Shown piece by piece: positions 18,793 to 29,207 of a DNA stretch of 64,000 nt (positions are counted from its first letter, which is position 1; each line of letters opens with the position of its first letter). Source of the DNA: Candidatus Nomurabacteria bacterium. Lineage in GTDB: Bacteria; Patescibacteriota; Minisyncoccia; Phycocordibacterales; UBA5272. Both the position numbers and the translations under genes were made by a program. The stretch covers positions 89,185 to 153,184 of the forward strand of contig JBAXSC010000002.1 of NCBI GenBank assembly GCA_037130925.1, written 5' to 3'. The notes below the pieces were generated by a model. That model was not told the origin of the DNA. It did no database searches and was given only the letters and a program-made list of their open reading frames with translations.

Positions 18793-19701
18793 TTATTTAA
18801 ATAAACTCATAAAAAAATCTAAGTCATTACCAAGTAAATATCTGCGTAAATTATATATATCTGTAGTTGTACTTTCTTTTTCTGGTAAGACGCCAACAGC
18901 TCCAGAATACCCCAAATCTTTTATTATTTTTCTAACTCTTCCATCATTAGCACCATAAGGATAAGCAAAAACATTTTCTACAGAAGAAGTCCCCACAATA
19001 CTAATTAATTTTTCCTCATTAAGATTTACTTCTTTTTTAATTAATTCATCACCATACTCAGGAAGATAAACATGGTGCAAAGTATGATTTGCTATCTTCA
19101 TACCATTATTCGCTAAAGTTTTTATTTCTTCTGAAGTTAAACAAATTGGATATTTATCTACACAATAAGAATAAATAAAAAATGTCCCACTAAAATTATT
19201 TTTTTTTAATACCGGCAAAGCTTCATTGTATTGAGAAACATATCCGTCATCAAATGTAATGATAAAAGATTTTTCTGGAATTCCTTTTAAATTTCCAGAA
19301 TTAAAATCATCTACATATTCAGAAAAAGGAACAGAATGATAACCATTAGAATGTAAATAACTCATCTCTTTATCAAAAGTTTCTGGAGAAGTTATAAAAA
19401 GTTTCGCTTTTTGACTATCAGTATTTTTAATTTTACGAATTTGGTGATAACCAAGTATTATTATTTTATTTTTACTATTGTCTATAATTTGATTTTGTTC
19501 ATACAGATCACCCAACTCATTCGCATTCATTATTTTTTCAAAACCATCAAACTCTTCATCTGAAGAAACAGGATTTGATCTTTTTATAATTGCATGAGTC
19601 AAAAAATAAGAAATAAAAAAGGTAATAATAAAAAATAAAATTATTAATAAATAATGATAAAACCGAAAAGGTTTATCTTGGTGATTTTTCATCTCTAACA
19701 T
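18793..19701 (-). CDS. polysaccharide deacetylase (NodB/CE4 family), membrane-anchored
   Basis: N-terminal TM helix; NodB motif ITFDDGYVSQY and the downstream HTLHH motif. Confidence 0.85.
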   Translation of the reverse strand: MLEMKNHQDKPFRFYHYLLIILFFIITFFISYFLTHAIIKRSNPVSSDEEFDGFEKIMNANELGDLYEQNQIIDNSKNKIIILGYHQIRKIKNTDSQKAKLFITSPETFDKEMSYLHSNGYHSVPFSEYVDDFNSGNLKGIPEKSFIITFDDGYVSQYNEALPVLKKNNFSGTFFIYSYCVDKYPICLTSEEIKTLANNGMKIANHTLHHVYLPEYGDELIKKEVNLNEEKLISIVGTSSVENVFAYPYGANDGRVRKIIKDLGYSGAVGVLPEKESTTTDIYNLRRYLLGNDLDFFMSLFK

Positions 19702-19736
19702 AATATTAAAAGGTATTATAAATTATAAATAGATAA

Positions 19737-19772
19737 AAACAAAGCCTCTAATAAATATTAGAGGCTTTGTTT
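19737..19772 (-). terminator. intrinsic terminator
   Basis: AAACAAAGCCTCTAATA-AA-TATTAGAGGCTTTGTTT, 17-bp stem. Confidence 0.75.
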
Positions 19773-19786
19773 AATTAATCTAATAA

Positions 19787-20236
19787 TTATTTAGTCGGCT
19801 GTAAGGTCTTGCCTTGTGGAGCAAAATTTTGACCAGTAAAAACTTGTATTGAGTCTGCAGAAACAGACCCGTCTGTATTTGATTTACCGCGAATCATAAC
19901 ATTATCACCAGAAGCCAGAGAAGAAATATCTGTCATTACAGATTTAGAAACTGTAGTAGAAGCTGATAATAAAACTATTTTTGAAGAACCGTCTTGGTTT
20001 TTAATAACTATAGTATTTTTGTCTAAAGAATCTACAACACCACGAAGATTTCCACCAAAATTACCGCCCTTACCTTGTCCTCTCATCATTCCAGTACCAT
20101 TTCCTGCAAAATTATTTTGACCAGGTACATTATTAGTATTAACACTCCATCTACCTAAAAAGAAAGAAACTATTATTAATACAATAACAATCAAGGAAAT
20201 TGTTTGTGTGTTTTTTTCTTTAAAATTAATTAACAT
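19787..20236 (-). CDS. secreted hypothetical protein, last gene of the efflux operon
   Basis: 149-aa ORF with a signal/TM segment and a Gly-rich linker (GQGKGGNFGGNLRG). Confidence 0.55.
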   Translation of the reverse strand: MLINFKEKNTQTISLIVIVLIIVSFFLGRWSVNTNNVPGQNNFAGNGTGMMRGQGKGGNFGGNLRGVVDSLDKNTIVIKNQDGSSKIVLLSASTTVSKSVMTDISSLASGDNVMIRGKSNTDGSVSADSIQVFTGQNFAPQGKTLQPTK

Positions 20237-20305
20237 ATTTTTATTTATTTTTTATATATAAATTATAATACAGTCAGAAATATTTTTTATTACAAAAATT
20301 TATTA

Positions 20306-21538
20306 TTATTCATATCTAAGAGCGTCTATAGGATTAAGCTTTGCGGCTCTTCTGGCTGGATAATATCCAAAAACTATTCCAATAAATGAAGATACACCAA
20401 AAGCTAATAATACAGAAGACAAAGAAACAGAAGCTGTTATTATACCTGTCGCTGTCACTATATAAGATACCAATAAACCTAATAAGATACCAATTATTCC
20501 ACCTAAAACAGTTAGCACTATAGACTCTATTAAAAATTGAGTTGAAATATCATTAGCCTTTGCACCAATCGCTTTACGGAGACCTATCTCACGAGTTCTC
20601 TCTGTGACGGTAGTAAGCATCATATTCATAATACCTATACCTCCCACAAGAAGAGAAATTCCAGCAATAGCGGCAAGAAGATAGGTTAATGTTGTAGTCA
20701 TACTTGATGCAGAAGCAAGAATATCACTTTGATTCATTGTAGAAAAATCTGCAGTAGCCCCATCTTTTATTTTATGTCTCTCAGTTAATAAAGAAGTTAT
20801 GTCATTTTGTACCTGAGTAGCAGAGTCAGCACTTGCAGCAGAAACAGATATTGAAGATAGATATTGATTTCCGGAAAAATATTTTTGAGCAGTAGTAATA
20901 GGAATTAAAATATTACTATCAGAGGATCCAAATCCAGATCCACCTTTTGATTTTGTCACTCCTATTATTTTAAATTGGGCCGATTTTATTTTTATACTCA
21001 TACCTATAACATCACTACTCGTAGCTTGATCTCCAAAAAGAGTTGTCACAAGACTTGGCCCGATCACAGCGACTTTAGCGGCAGAAGAAATATCAGAATC
21101 AGAAACTTGATTACCGACATCAATTACAGAATTTCTAATTTGAAAATAATTTGTAGTCACACCATTTATTGAAACATTCGCATTGTTTGATTTATAAACG
21201 ACCTGAGCTCTTGAATCGACTTCCCCCGCAGCTCCTGAAATATTTGAAATTTGAGTCTGTATTACTGTAAGATCTTCCATAGTTAAAGATTTAGCATCAC
21301 CAGCAGCTCCACGAGGACCGGCTCCATAACTCCTTGTTGCGCCAGGCTGTACAAAAATAAGATTAGATCCTATTGCTTGAATTGAAGATTGAATAGACTG
21401 TGAAGTACCGTTACCAATCGCCATAAGAGCAATCACAGATCCAATACCAATAACTATACCGAGCATAGTTAAAAAAGTTCTGGCTTTATTTGTTAATAAA
21501 GAAATAAATGTCTCTTCTATAATATCTTTGTAATGCAT
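20306..21538 (-). CDS. ABC transporter permease, MacB/FtsX-like
   Basis: N-terminal TM helix, a large periplasmic domain, then three C-terminal TM helices (REIGLRKAIGAKANDI, RAAKLNPIDALRYE). Confidence 0.9.
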   Translation of the reverse strand: MHYKDIIEETFISLLTNKARTFLTMLGIVIGIGSVIALMAIGNGTSQSIQSSIQAIGSNLIFVQPGATRSYGAGPRGAAGDAKSLTMEDLTVIQTQISNISGAAGEVDSRAQVVYKSNNANVSINGVTTNYFQIRNSVIDVGNQVSDSDISSAAKVAVIGPSLVTTLFGDQATSSDVIGMSIKIKSAQFKIIGVTKSKGGSGFGSSDSNILIPITTAQKYFSGNQYLSSISVSAASADSATQVQNDITSLLTERHKIKDGATADFSTMNQSDILASASSMTTTLTYLLAAIAGISLLVGGIGIMNMMLTTVTERTREIGLRKAIGAKANDISTQFLIESIVLTVLGGIIGILLGLLVSYIVTATGIITASVSLSSVLLAFGVSSFIGIVFGYYPARRAAKLNPIDALRYE

Positions 21539-21541
21539 AAA

Positions 21542-22234
21542 TTATTTTTTATTAGTTTTTCTATCTTCTACAATATTTCCATCACGTATCATAACTATTC
21601 TATCTGCATGCTCTGCAACATCTAATTCATGGGTAATTAATACAATAGTATTTTTATTTTCTCTATTTAATTTTCTAAAAGTATCTAAAACTATCTCCCC
21701 TGTTTTTGTATCAAGGTTTCCTGTTGGCTCATCAGCTAAGATGAGTGACGGATTATTTACTAAAGCTCTCGCAATAGCAACACGCTGAATTTGTCCTCCA
21801 GACAACTGATTAGAAAGATGAAAAAAATGTGTCTTATCAAATCCGGCAGATATCAAAGCTTTTTCTGCTAGTGCTTTTCTTTTCTCTTCATCTACTTGTG
21901 CATAAATTAAAGGAAGATAAACATTTCTTAAAACTGTAGTACGAGGAAGAAGATTAAATGATTGAAATACAAAACCAATTTTATCTCTACGAATATCCGC
22001 AAGTTCGTCATCGTTTAATTTTGAAACATCTTTTCCGTCTAAAAAATATTCACCCGATGTGGCCTTATCTAGACATCCTAAAATATGCATCAAAGTTGAT
22101 TTACCAGATCCGGACGGACCCATAATAGCAATAAACTCCCCATCTTCAATTTTAAATGAAATACCTTTTAACGCCGTGTAAGGATCATCAGATTTTTCAT
22201 TATAAATTTTAGTAATGTTTTTTATTTCAATCAT
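21542..22234 (-). CDS. ABC transporter ATP-binding protein (MacB/LolD type)
   Basis: Walker A GPSGSGKST, signature LSGGQIQR, Walker B ILADEPT. Confidence 0.95.
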   Translation of the reverse strand: MIEIKNITKIYNEKSDDPYTALKGISFKIEDGEFIAIMGPSGSGKSTLMHILGCLDKATSGEYFLDGKDVSKLNDDELADIRRDKIGFVFQSFNLLPRTTVLRNVYLPLIYAQVDEEKRKALAEKALISAGFDKTHFFHLSNQLSGGQIQRVAIARALVNNPSLILADEPTGNLDTKTGEIVLDTFRKLNRENKNTIVLITHELDVAEHADRIVMIRDGNIVEDRKTNKK

Positions 22235-22241
22235 AAAAATA

Positions 22242-24026
22242 TTATCTTCCTAATCCTGGTATACCACTAGCGCCAACGAATCCCCCACCACGAGAAGAAG
22301 AAACTGATGAGGAGGTTGTCTTTAAAACAGCAACACCAGCAGAATTTGTTTTTGTTACCACAGCATCTCCTTCATTTATACCAGAAGTTATTTCTGTATA
22401 CTGATCACCGACTATTCCTGTTGTAACTAATTTTTTAGTCGGAAGAATACTTGATGTATATCCTGATCCGTTTGTTATTAAAGAAGAAGTAGAATCAAAA
22501 GTTTCTACATATGTTTGTGAGGTACTACTTTTTACAGCAGAACTTGGTACAGAAATAACATCACTAGCTATATCGGTCATAATATTTGCAGTCACACTCA
22601 TCTGTGATTTCACTTGATCATTTGGATCGTCGAAAGTAATTTTTACATTATAAGAAACAACCCCAGAAGATACTGTACCTGACTGGTTTATTTCTGAAAC
22701 AGTACCCACAAGAGACAGAGAGTCTATTGCATCAAAAGTAAGAGTTGCTTTTTGTCCTAATTTTATTTTTGAAATATCATTTTCAGAAACAGATAGATTT
22801 GCAAATTTTCCTTTAGTTATAATATTTGCAATAGTTACCCCGCTAGCATCTTGACCCACAGTTCCAGAAACAGAAGATACTACTCCGTCTATCGGAGAAG
22901 TAATAAAATAATTATTATAATTATTTAAAGCGACTTGATAATTTAGTTGCGCTTGCTGATAAGCAATCTGCGCAGATTGCAAATCTAATCCAGAAACACC
23001 ATTTTGTAAATCTGACAAATTTGATTGTTGTTGTAAAATTGTTGCATTTAAACTATCAATATTATTTTTAGCGGAAGATAAGGTAGACAAATCTGTATCA
23101 ATAGTATTTTTATATGTATTTAGATTATTTAAATAAGTATTAGTTTTAGAATTTACTGTAATATTATATTTATTAAATAAATCCTGATAATACTGAATTA
23201 GATTTATAATGCTTTTAAGCGCATCACTTAATTCTGTAGATACAACAATAGTCTTTTGTATACTTTTATAAATCTCATCAGAATTAGAAGAATGAGAAAG
23301 AGATTGATAATTTGAAAATGCTATATCATAATCATTTTTTATAGAATTATATTTTGCAATAGCATCATTTGCATATGATATACCTTTTACTGGAAGAGTA
23401 TACGAACTTTCTACTGAATGGGTATTATCACTGTAATAATAAACATCATATTGGTTAGAGCTTAAATCTGACAAATATAAAGAATCATGTAAAGGTGAAA
23501 TTATAGATGAAGAGTCTGAATATGCTTTAGAGATATTATTAAAACCATCATCATAAGCTTTTAATAAAGAACTATTAGAATTATTTAAATTATTTTGTGC
23601 AGTTAAGACAGAAGTTGTAGCAGCAGGAGAAGTTGCTTTAGCGTAAGATACTTTAGCACTTTCGTAAGAAAGTTTTGCTTGTTGTAATGTTGTATAAGCA
23701 GTATCACTATTAACAGTGGCGATAAGCTGTCCAGCTTTAACACTGTCTCCGGATTTAACTTTAACAGAAGTTATCTGTCCTGAGACCTGACTTTTTATAT
23801 CAACACTACCATTCACAGATACCTGGCCTGATTCAGACAAATAAGAAACGACAGTCTGTTTACTGGCAGTATCTATATTATAGATAGTCACAGTTGTTGC
23901 TGTGCCAGAAAAAAATAATTTATATATTATATATATTAATATTACTAATATAAGTCCTGATAATATTTTTCTAGTTTTGACAAAATTCACCGCACTCCCA
24001 TAAAAAGCCTTTACAGATTCTTTCAT
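22242..24026 (-). CDS. HlyD/MacA-type periplasmic adaptor with an expanded coiled-coil
   Basis: Lipoyl-like motif GQITSVKVKSGDSVKAGQLIATV, a long Ser/Asn/Gln-rich helical hairpin region, and a C-terminal beta-barrel region. Confidence 0.8.
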   Translation of the reverse strand: MKESVKAFYGSAVNFVKTRKILSGLILVILIYIIYKLFFSGTATTVTIYNIDTASKQTVVSYLSESGQVSVNGSVDIKSQVSGQITSVKVKSGDSVKAGQLIATVNSDTAYTTLQQAKLSYESAKVSYAKATSPAATTSVLTAQNNLNNSNSSLLKAYDDGFNNISKAYSDSSSIISPLHDSLYLSDLSSNQYDVYYYSDNTHSVESSYTLPVKGISYANDAIAKYNSIKNDYDIAFSNYQSLSHSSNSDEIYKSIQKTIVVSTELSDALKSIINLIQYYQDLFNKYNITVNSKTNTYLNNLNTYKNTIDTDLSTLSSAKNNIDSLNATILQQQSNLSDLQNGVSGLDLQSAQIAYQQAQLNYQVALNNYNNYFITSPIDGVVSSVSGTVGQDASGVTIANIITKGKFANLSVSENDISKIKLGQKATLTFDAIDSLSLVGTVSEINQSGTVSSGVVSYNVKITFDDPNDQVKSQMSVTANIMTDIASDVISVPSSAVKSSTSQTYVETFDSTSSLITNGSGYTSSILPTKKLVTTGIVGDQYTEITSGINEGDAVVTKTNSAGVAVLKTTSSSVSSSRGGGFVGASGIPGLGR

Positions 24027-24097
24027 ATTTTTATTTGGTAATTATTAATTTAGTAGTTTTATAACCCTTATTACAAATTAATAATAGCATTATTACA

Positions 24098-24676
24098 CTA
24101 TCTAATACCCTGATTCATTATTTGATTCACAAATGGAGGAATATTATGGTTATTATCATCACCGTCTATTCTTTTTAATAAATCTGGCCCGCGATAATAT
24201 CTATGGACATTTTGTAAAAATGGAACTTCACCCCTTTCTCCAAATCTTGCCATTTTATAACCCTGATCTAAAAATACATGTATATTCAAAATAGTAACTA
24301 TTACTACGAACAGTAAGAACAAAACTACATACAAAACATTTTTTCTATAAACAAAAGAATAATCTTTTACTAATTTATACAGTGAAAATAAAAATATAGA
24401 TACTAAAAATAGTAATAGTAAAGGTACAGTTCTCATTATTTCTAAAAACATTTTAAAAATAGAAGGATTTATATTGACAGCATCAAAAGCTATCTTGTGT
24501 TCATGGAAAATTAATAAAATAAAATTACCTATATAAATAGTTGCTAAAAGCAAAATAAAAACAAAAGAAATTATTAAAATACCTTTAAAAACAAAATGCC
24601 ATTTTGGTTTCATTTTTATTTTCTTATCTTTTATTTTATCTTCTATATTTTTTATAAAATTTTCTTTATTTTGCAT
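24098..24676 (-). CDS. membrane protein, putative anti-sigma factor
   Basis: 192-aa ORF with about 4 TM segments, 11 nt downstream of the ECF sigma gene. Function inferred from position only. Confidence 0.4.
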   Translation of the reverse strand: MQNKENFIKNIEDKIKDKKIKMKPKWHFVFKGILIISFVFILLLATIYIGNFILLIFHEHKIAFDAVNINPSIFKMFLEIMRTVPLLLLFLVSIFLFSLYKLVKDYSFVYRKNVLYVVLFLLFVVIVTILNIHVFLDQGYKMARFGERGEVPFLQNVHRYYRGPDLLKRIDGDDNNHNIPPFVNQIMNQGIR

Positions 24677-24687
24677 ATCTTTGTTTT

Positions 24688-25281
24688 CTAACTTTTTAAT
24701 TCTTCTAAACCTCTTTCTTTTAATATCTTTTTAATTTGTTCTTTTCCTCTTTGTATTCTTACACCTACTAGAGATATTGGTATTTTTAAAACATCTGAAA
24801 TATCTTTGTAAGACATATCTTCGTAAAAATAAAGAACTATTATTTCTTTATATTTTTTATCAAGATCATTTAAAATTTGATCTAAATAATTTTTGATTAA
24901 TTCTCTTTCTGCCTCATTCTCACTATCTTCTTTTGCTTTTGGATGAACAAAAGTCAAAGTCTCACTAAAAATATCAAAACTAAAAGGACGAGAAGAATTC
25001 TTTTTTAAAAGATTAATCGCCTCATTATGAGCAATACGATATATCCAAGGAGAAAATCTCTGATCTGTATCGAAACTCCGAATATTAACAAAACATTTTA
25101 TAAAAATATCTTGCAATATATCCTCTATGTCTTCCGGACTAGATAAAAATTTACGAAGATATCTATCTATCTTTTCACTATAACGAGATATTAAAACCTC
25201 ATATATAGCAATATTACCCTTTTGTACAAGCAGAGCTATTTCCTCATCATTTAAATCTTTTTCCTGGTCAAAAGTATTCAT
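24688..25281 (-). CDS. ECF-type RNA polymerase sigma-70 family factor
   Basis: Region 2 (FSPWIYRIAHNEAINLL) and region 4 HTH (MSYKDISDVLKIPISLVGVRIQRGKE). Confidence 0.9.
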   Translation of the reverse strand: MNTFDQEKDLNDEEIALLVQKGNIAIYEVLISRYSEKIDRYLRKFLSSPEDIEDILQDIFIKCFVNIRSFDTDQRFSPWIYRIAHNEAINLLKKNSSRPFSFDIFSETLTFVHPKAKEDSENEAERELIKNYLDQILNDLDKKYKEIIVLYFYEDMSYKDISDVLKIPISLVGVRIQRGKEQIKKILKERGLEELKS

Positions 25282-25432
25282 AAAAATTAATAAAGTCTGT
25301 GTAGGCTTTTGACCTTCAGTATATAATACAAAAAGAATTTGTAAAAATTACAAAGACTTCCTAAACTTAACTAAAAAGACAATCTTCTTAAGATAGTATT
25401 ATTTTTCATATGTGATAAAATGTGGCAAATAT

Positions 25433-26722
25433 ATGAATATTAGTCTAATAATACCGGCACACAACGAAGAACTATACATAAAAGAATGTATAGAATCTGT
25501 AATAAAAAATTCTAATAATAAATTTTTAGAAATAATAGTTATAGACAATGCAAGCAATGATAATACTGCCTTAATTGCTTCAGAATTTAAAAATATAAAA
25601 GTAATTCGAGAAGAAAACAAAGGGTTAACCCATGCCAGAGAAAGAGGACTTAAAGAAGCTAAAGGAGATTATCTTGCCTATATTGATGCTGATTGCATAC
25701 TTCCTATTGGATGGATAGAAAAAGTAGAAAAAATTTTTTTAAAAGAAAAAAATATTGTATCTTTAAGTGGCCCATATAGATATCACGACGCTTCAAAGAT
25801 TGATAAGATTATTATGGAAATTTTTTGGTGGACAACAGCTCCTGTCTCATATTTTTTTGTTGGGTATATGATCTTAGGAGGTAACTTTGTTGCAAGAAAA
25901 AGTACACTTATAGAAATTGGAGGATTTGACACTTCTATAAAATTTTATGGTGAAGACACTAATATTGCGAGAAGATTGAGTAAAAAAGGAAAAACAAAGT
26001 GGTCTATGTCATTTTTTATTCACACATCATTAAGAAGAATTAAAAAAGAAGGATTACTGAAGACAAATTTAAGATATGCAATGAATTTTTTATGGGAAGT
26101 TGTCTTTAAAAAACCATTCACAAAAGAATATCAAGATATAAGAATGGAAAAAAGAGAAATAAAAGATATAAACCCAAAAACAAAAGCAATACTAGTAACT
26201 CTATTTTTCTTTCTTATTGGATTTTTCGAAATAATACACAACATAAATTATACTTACATAATTCCGATTTCTATTTTTTATTTAACATTAACCTTAAATA
26301 CTTTTTTTTCTATAAAATTATTCTCAGAAGTAATCCCTTCAGAAAATAAACTTCAAATAATAATCGATCTAATTCTTGTATTGGTTTATATCATAACCGC
26401 AATCTCCATGCACAATGTGCTATATTTCACTTTCTCATTAATCTTCTTATTTATAACAGCCACAATAAAATATGCCCTTTATTTAAATAAAAGTCATCAT
26501 CTAAAATTATTTAAAAGAAAAATATTAATAGATATAAGTGGAATTTTAGCTTGCACGTTAGCTCTTCTTGGTATTATTTCTGGCTATCAAACTGCTAGTA
26601 TATGGATTCTTTCTATTATATTCTTTTTAATAAACATTATTCTTCTTATCATAAAACCAATGTACAGATTAGATAACGAACAAGATTTTAATAATTTTAT
26701 TAACGAACTTCTTCCCAAATAG
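25433..26722 (+). CDS. family 2 glycosyltransferase fused to a C-terminal multi-TM domain
   Basis: Start set at MNISLIIPAHNEE. Motifs DNASNDNT and the DADC DxD-type motif. The C-terminal half is hydrophobic. Confidence 0.85.
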   Translation: MNISLIIPAHNEELYIKECIESVIKNSNNKFLEIIVIDNASNDNTALIASEFKNIKVIREENKGLTHARERGLKEAKGDYLAYIDADCILPIGWIEKVEKIFLKEKNIVSLSGPYRYHDASKIDKIIMEIFWWTTAPVSYFFVGYMILGGNFVARKSTLIEIGGFDTSIKFYGEDTNIARRLSKKGKTKWSMSFFIHTSLRRIKKEGLLKTNLRYAMNFLWEVVFKKPFTKEYQDIRMEKREIKDINPKTKAILVTLFFFLIGFFEIIHNINYTYIIPISIFYLTLTLNTFFSIKLFSEVIPSENKLQIIIDLILVLVYIITAISMHNVLYFTFSLIFLFITATIKYALYLNKSHHLKLFKRKILIDISGILACTLALLGIISGYQTASIWILSIIFFLINIILLIIKPMYRLDNEQDFNNFINELLPK

Positions 26723-27425
26723 CACTTTTTGTACGGCCATAATGTTTATAGTAGAAAACATTAACAATCCAAATAGAAACCAGTTTAAACCACCCAATTT
26801 TATGAAATCTTCTTCCAGAATGATAAACTGTTAAATTCCAAAAAAAAGTTGTTTTACCAATTTTGGTTAATCTTTCAAAGAGATCGAGATCTTCACAAGA
26901 AACTAAAGATTCATTAAATCCTCCAATAGCATCGAAACTAGCTTTACGCACAAACATAATCTCACCAGAAGCGCTACCTGTTTTTATAATATTATTATCA
27001 AAATAATGTATTAAATCTATAAATAAAAATGACATTATCTTGTCAGAAAAAGTTGCGTTTTCAGGAGAAATTTTAATCCTTGTAGTAGCCCCTACTAAAT
27101 ATTTATCTTTATCAAAATAATTTATTAAGGCCTTTAAAAAATGTGTCTGATCTTTCATTCTTACATCAGCATCAAGAAATAAAAGAAATTCTCCTTCAGC
27201 TAAAGAAGCGCCTAAATTTCTAGCACTAGATATTGTTTGCCTAATCTCTTTGTTATATATAATAATTTTACTAGTGTAATCTTTAGCTAACACAACTGTC
27301 TTATCAGAACTTTTACCATCCGAAATGATGATTTCATAATTAATATCTTTAATTTGTTTTAAACTATCCAGAGTATTGTTTATGGTTTTTTCTTCATTTA
27401 AAGTTGGCATTATTATTGAAATCAT
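26700..27425 (-). CDS. family 2 glycosyltransferase
   Basis: MISIIMPTLNEE, SDGKSSDKT and LFLDADV motifs. Confidence 0.85.
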   Translation of the reverse strand: MISIIMPTLNEEKTINNTLDSLKQIKDINYEIIISDGKSSDKTVVLAKDYTSKIIIYNKEIRQTISSARNLGASLAEGEFLLFLDADVRMKDQTHFLKALINYFDKDKYLVGATTRIKISPENATFSDKIMSFLFIDLIHYFDNNIIKTGSASGEIMFVRKASFDAIGGFNESLVSCEDLDLFERLTKIGKTTFFWNLTVYHSGRRFHKIGWFKLVSIWIVNVFYYKHYGRTKSAIWEEVR

Positions 27426-27429
27426 ACTT

Positions 27430-28023
27430 TTAAATTTTATTTTTTTTGTAATACTTTTGAATAAAATAGATAACTAATACTACTATTAAAATACTAAAAA
27501 GATATAAAATTTTATCGTAAATATTATTAACTTTACTGAAAGTGTCAGCAAAAGTGAAACCAATAAAAAGTAACATTCCTGACCATATAAACTGGGCTAT
27601 CATATTTATGATGATATATTTAGAAAATGGAATCTTAACTGTACCAGCAGTAAACAAAACCAAAACAGCAATACCGAAACCGTTAGTTATTTTAGATATA
27701 AATAATACTAAATATTTACGTTTATGAAAAAGACTTTTAACTTTTTCATACTGTTTTTCTGTCACATTAAATCTTTTTTGAATTTTTACAAAAGCCTTAT
27801 CTCCATATTTATATCCAAGTCTATATAAAATAGTATCGCCTATAAGATCACCAATCATTACGGAAGCATATACAAGATATAAATCTAAAAAACCGAATTT
27901 TAAAAAAACACCTAAAATCATAGAAAGAAAAGGCCCTTCTAATAAGGCTAAAACAATAATTAAAATGTAGAAAATATAATTATGCTGTAAATATAAATTC
28001 AATAAAAAAAGATGATTCTGCAT
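27430..28023 (-). CDS. DedA-family membrane protein
   Basis: 197-aa multi-TM ORF with a DedA-like pattern (GDLIGDTILYRLGYKYG). Confidence 0.7.
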   Translation of the reverse strand: MQNHLFLLNLYLQHNYIFYILIIVLALLEGPFLSMILGVFLKFGFLDLYLVYASVMIGDLIGDTILYRLGYKYGDKAFVKIQKRFNVTEKQYEKVKSLFHKRKYLVLFISKITNGFGIAVLVLFTAGTVKIPFSKYIIINMIAQFIWSGMLLFIGFTFADTFSKVNNIYDKILYLFSILIVVLVIYFIQKYYKKNKI

Positions 28024-28031
28024 AAATATTT

Positions 28032-28685
28032 TTACTCAAAAAGAAGAACATACTCTTTATGGAAATATTTTTTAGCAAATTCAAAAATACCAAAAACAAT
28101 AAAATATGCAGAAAAGACATCTATAGAATAGTGAAGATGCCCTAAAATCACAACCCCTGCCATCAAAAAAGAAAATAATAAAAAGAAATATCTTAAATAT
28201 TTTTTATACCAAAAAATAAGAGTTAAAAGAAAAGCGTAACCAACATGTCCAGAAAAGAATAAATCGGTACCAGAAGAAAGAGTAAAAACAACATTTTTAA
28301 TATGATGTTCATACTGAATATATTGATAGTATTCTATATTTGGAGGAGCTAAATGTGTAAGTATTAAAAAAAAGCCTCTAACAGCAAAAAACAATCCTGT
28401 AGAAATTAAAACAAAAGGTATTCTTTTTGGATCAAGTAATGATAAAACTACCGCAACAACACCCATAAAAGCCATACCACCAAAAAATAATAAAGCCACA
28501 TTTACAATTGGAAGATTATCAAGAAAAATATCCTGAGCAATTGTGCCTTGATATGTCTGAGTGTACGCATAAGCATAATATGCCACTACCAAACCAAAAA
28601 TAAAGAGTAAGACACCTATAAACATGTCAAAAAGTATTTTTTTATCAGTAAAAGTTTCTCTATAATTTGTAAATATTTTATCCAT
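28032..28685 (-). CDS. PAP2-superfamily membrane protein
   Basis: Motifs FFSGHVGYAF and HYSIDV in a multi-TM protein. Confidence 0.65.
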   Translation of the reverse strand: MDKIFTNYRETFTDKKILFDMFIGVLLFIFGLVVAYYAYAYTQTYQGTIAQDIFLDNLPIVNVALLFFGGMAFMGVVAVVLSLLDPKRIPFVLISTGLFFAVRGFFLILTHLAPPNIEYYQYIQYEHHIKNVVFTLSSGTDLFFSGHVGYAFLLTLIFWYKKYLRYFFLLFSFLMAGVVILGHLHYSIDVFSAYFIVFGIFEFAKKYFHKEYVLLFE

Positions 28686-28807
28686 AGTTTTTAAATTTAA
28701 TAGAATAAATTATACTACAGATGTAAAAATAAATTAAATAATACACTTTTCTATTAAAATCATTATTGGAAGTACTGAATAACAATACTTCCTAAATAAT
28801 TTTAAAA

Positions 28808-29014
28808 TTATTTTTTTCCAAATTTTCCTAAACTAAATAATACATAAATAGCACTTAGACCAACAAGAACATAAACTATTTTTGTTAAAACTGAAGTTAG
28901 GCCAAAAATAGCAGTAACCAGATTAAAATCAAACAAACCAACTAATAACCAGTTTAATCCTCCAACAATGACTAATATCATTGCTACCCAGTCTAAAGTA
29001 GTTAAGTTTTTCAT
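28808..29014 (-). CDS. DUF378-family small membrane protein
   Basis: LDWVAMILVIVGGLNWLLVGLFDFNLV signature. Confidence 0.75.
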   Translation of the reverse strand: MKNLTTLDWVAMILVIVGGLNWLLVGLFDFNLVTAIFGLTSVLTKIVYVLVGLSAIYVLFSLGKFGKK

Positions 29015-29094
29015 ATTATTTTTATTTAATTTTTTAATTATAACTTTATTTATATTTAATAAAGCTATATATATTTTACCACTAAATAACTATT

Positions 29095-29132
29095 AAAAAA
29101 GAAAAACGTCATAATTGACGTTTTTCTTTTTT
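29095..29132 (-). terminator. intrinsic terminator, probably the original tRNA-Ser terminator now separated from it by the inserted element
   Basis: AAAAAAGAAAAACGTCA-TAAT-TGACGTTTTTCTTTTTT. It lies 2 nt from the TGCGGAA repeat at 29135-29141. Confidence 0.65.
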
Positions 29133-29207
29133 AATGCGGAATACACTAAACAAAGTTCGACAAGTGATTTTAGATAAAAAATCCTAAATAAGATATTTCA
29201 CAAGATC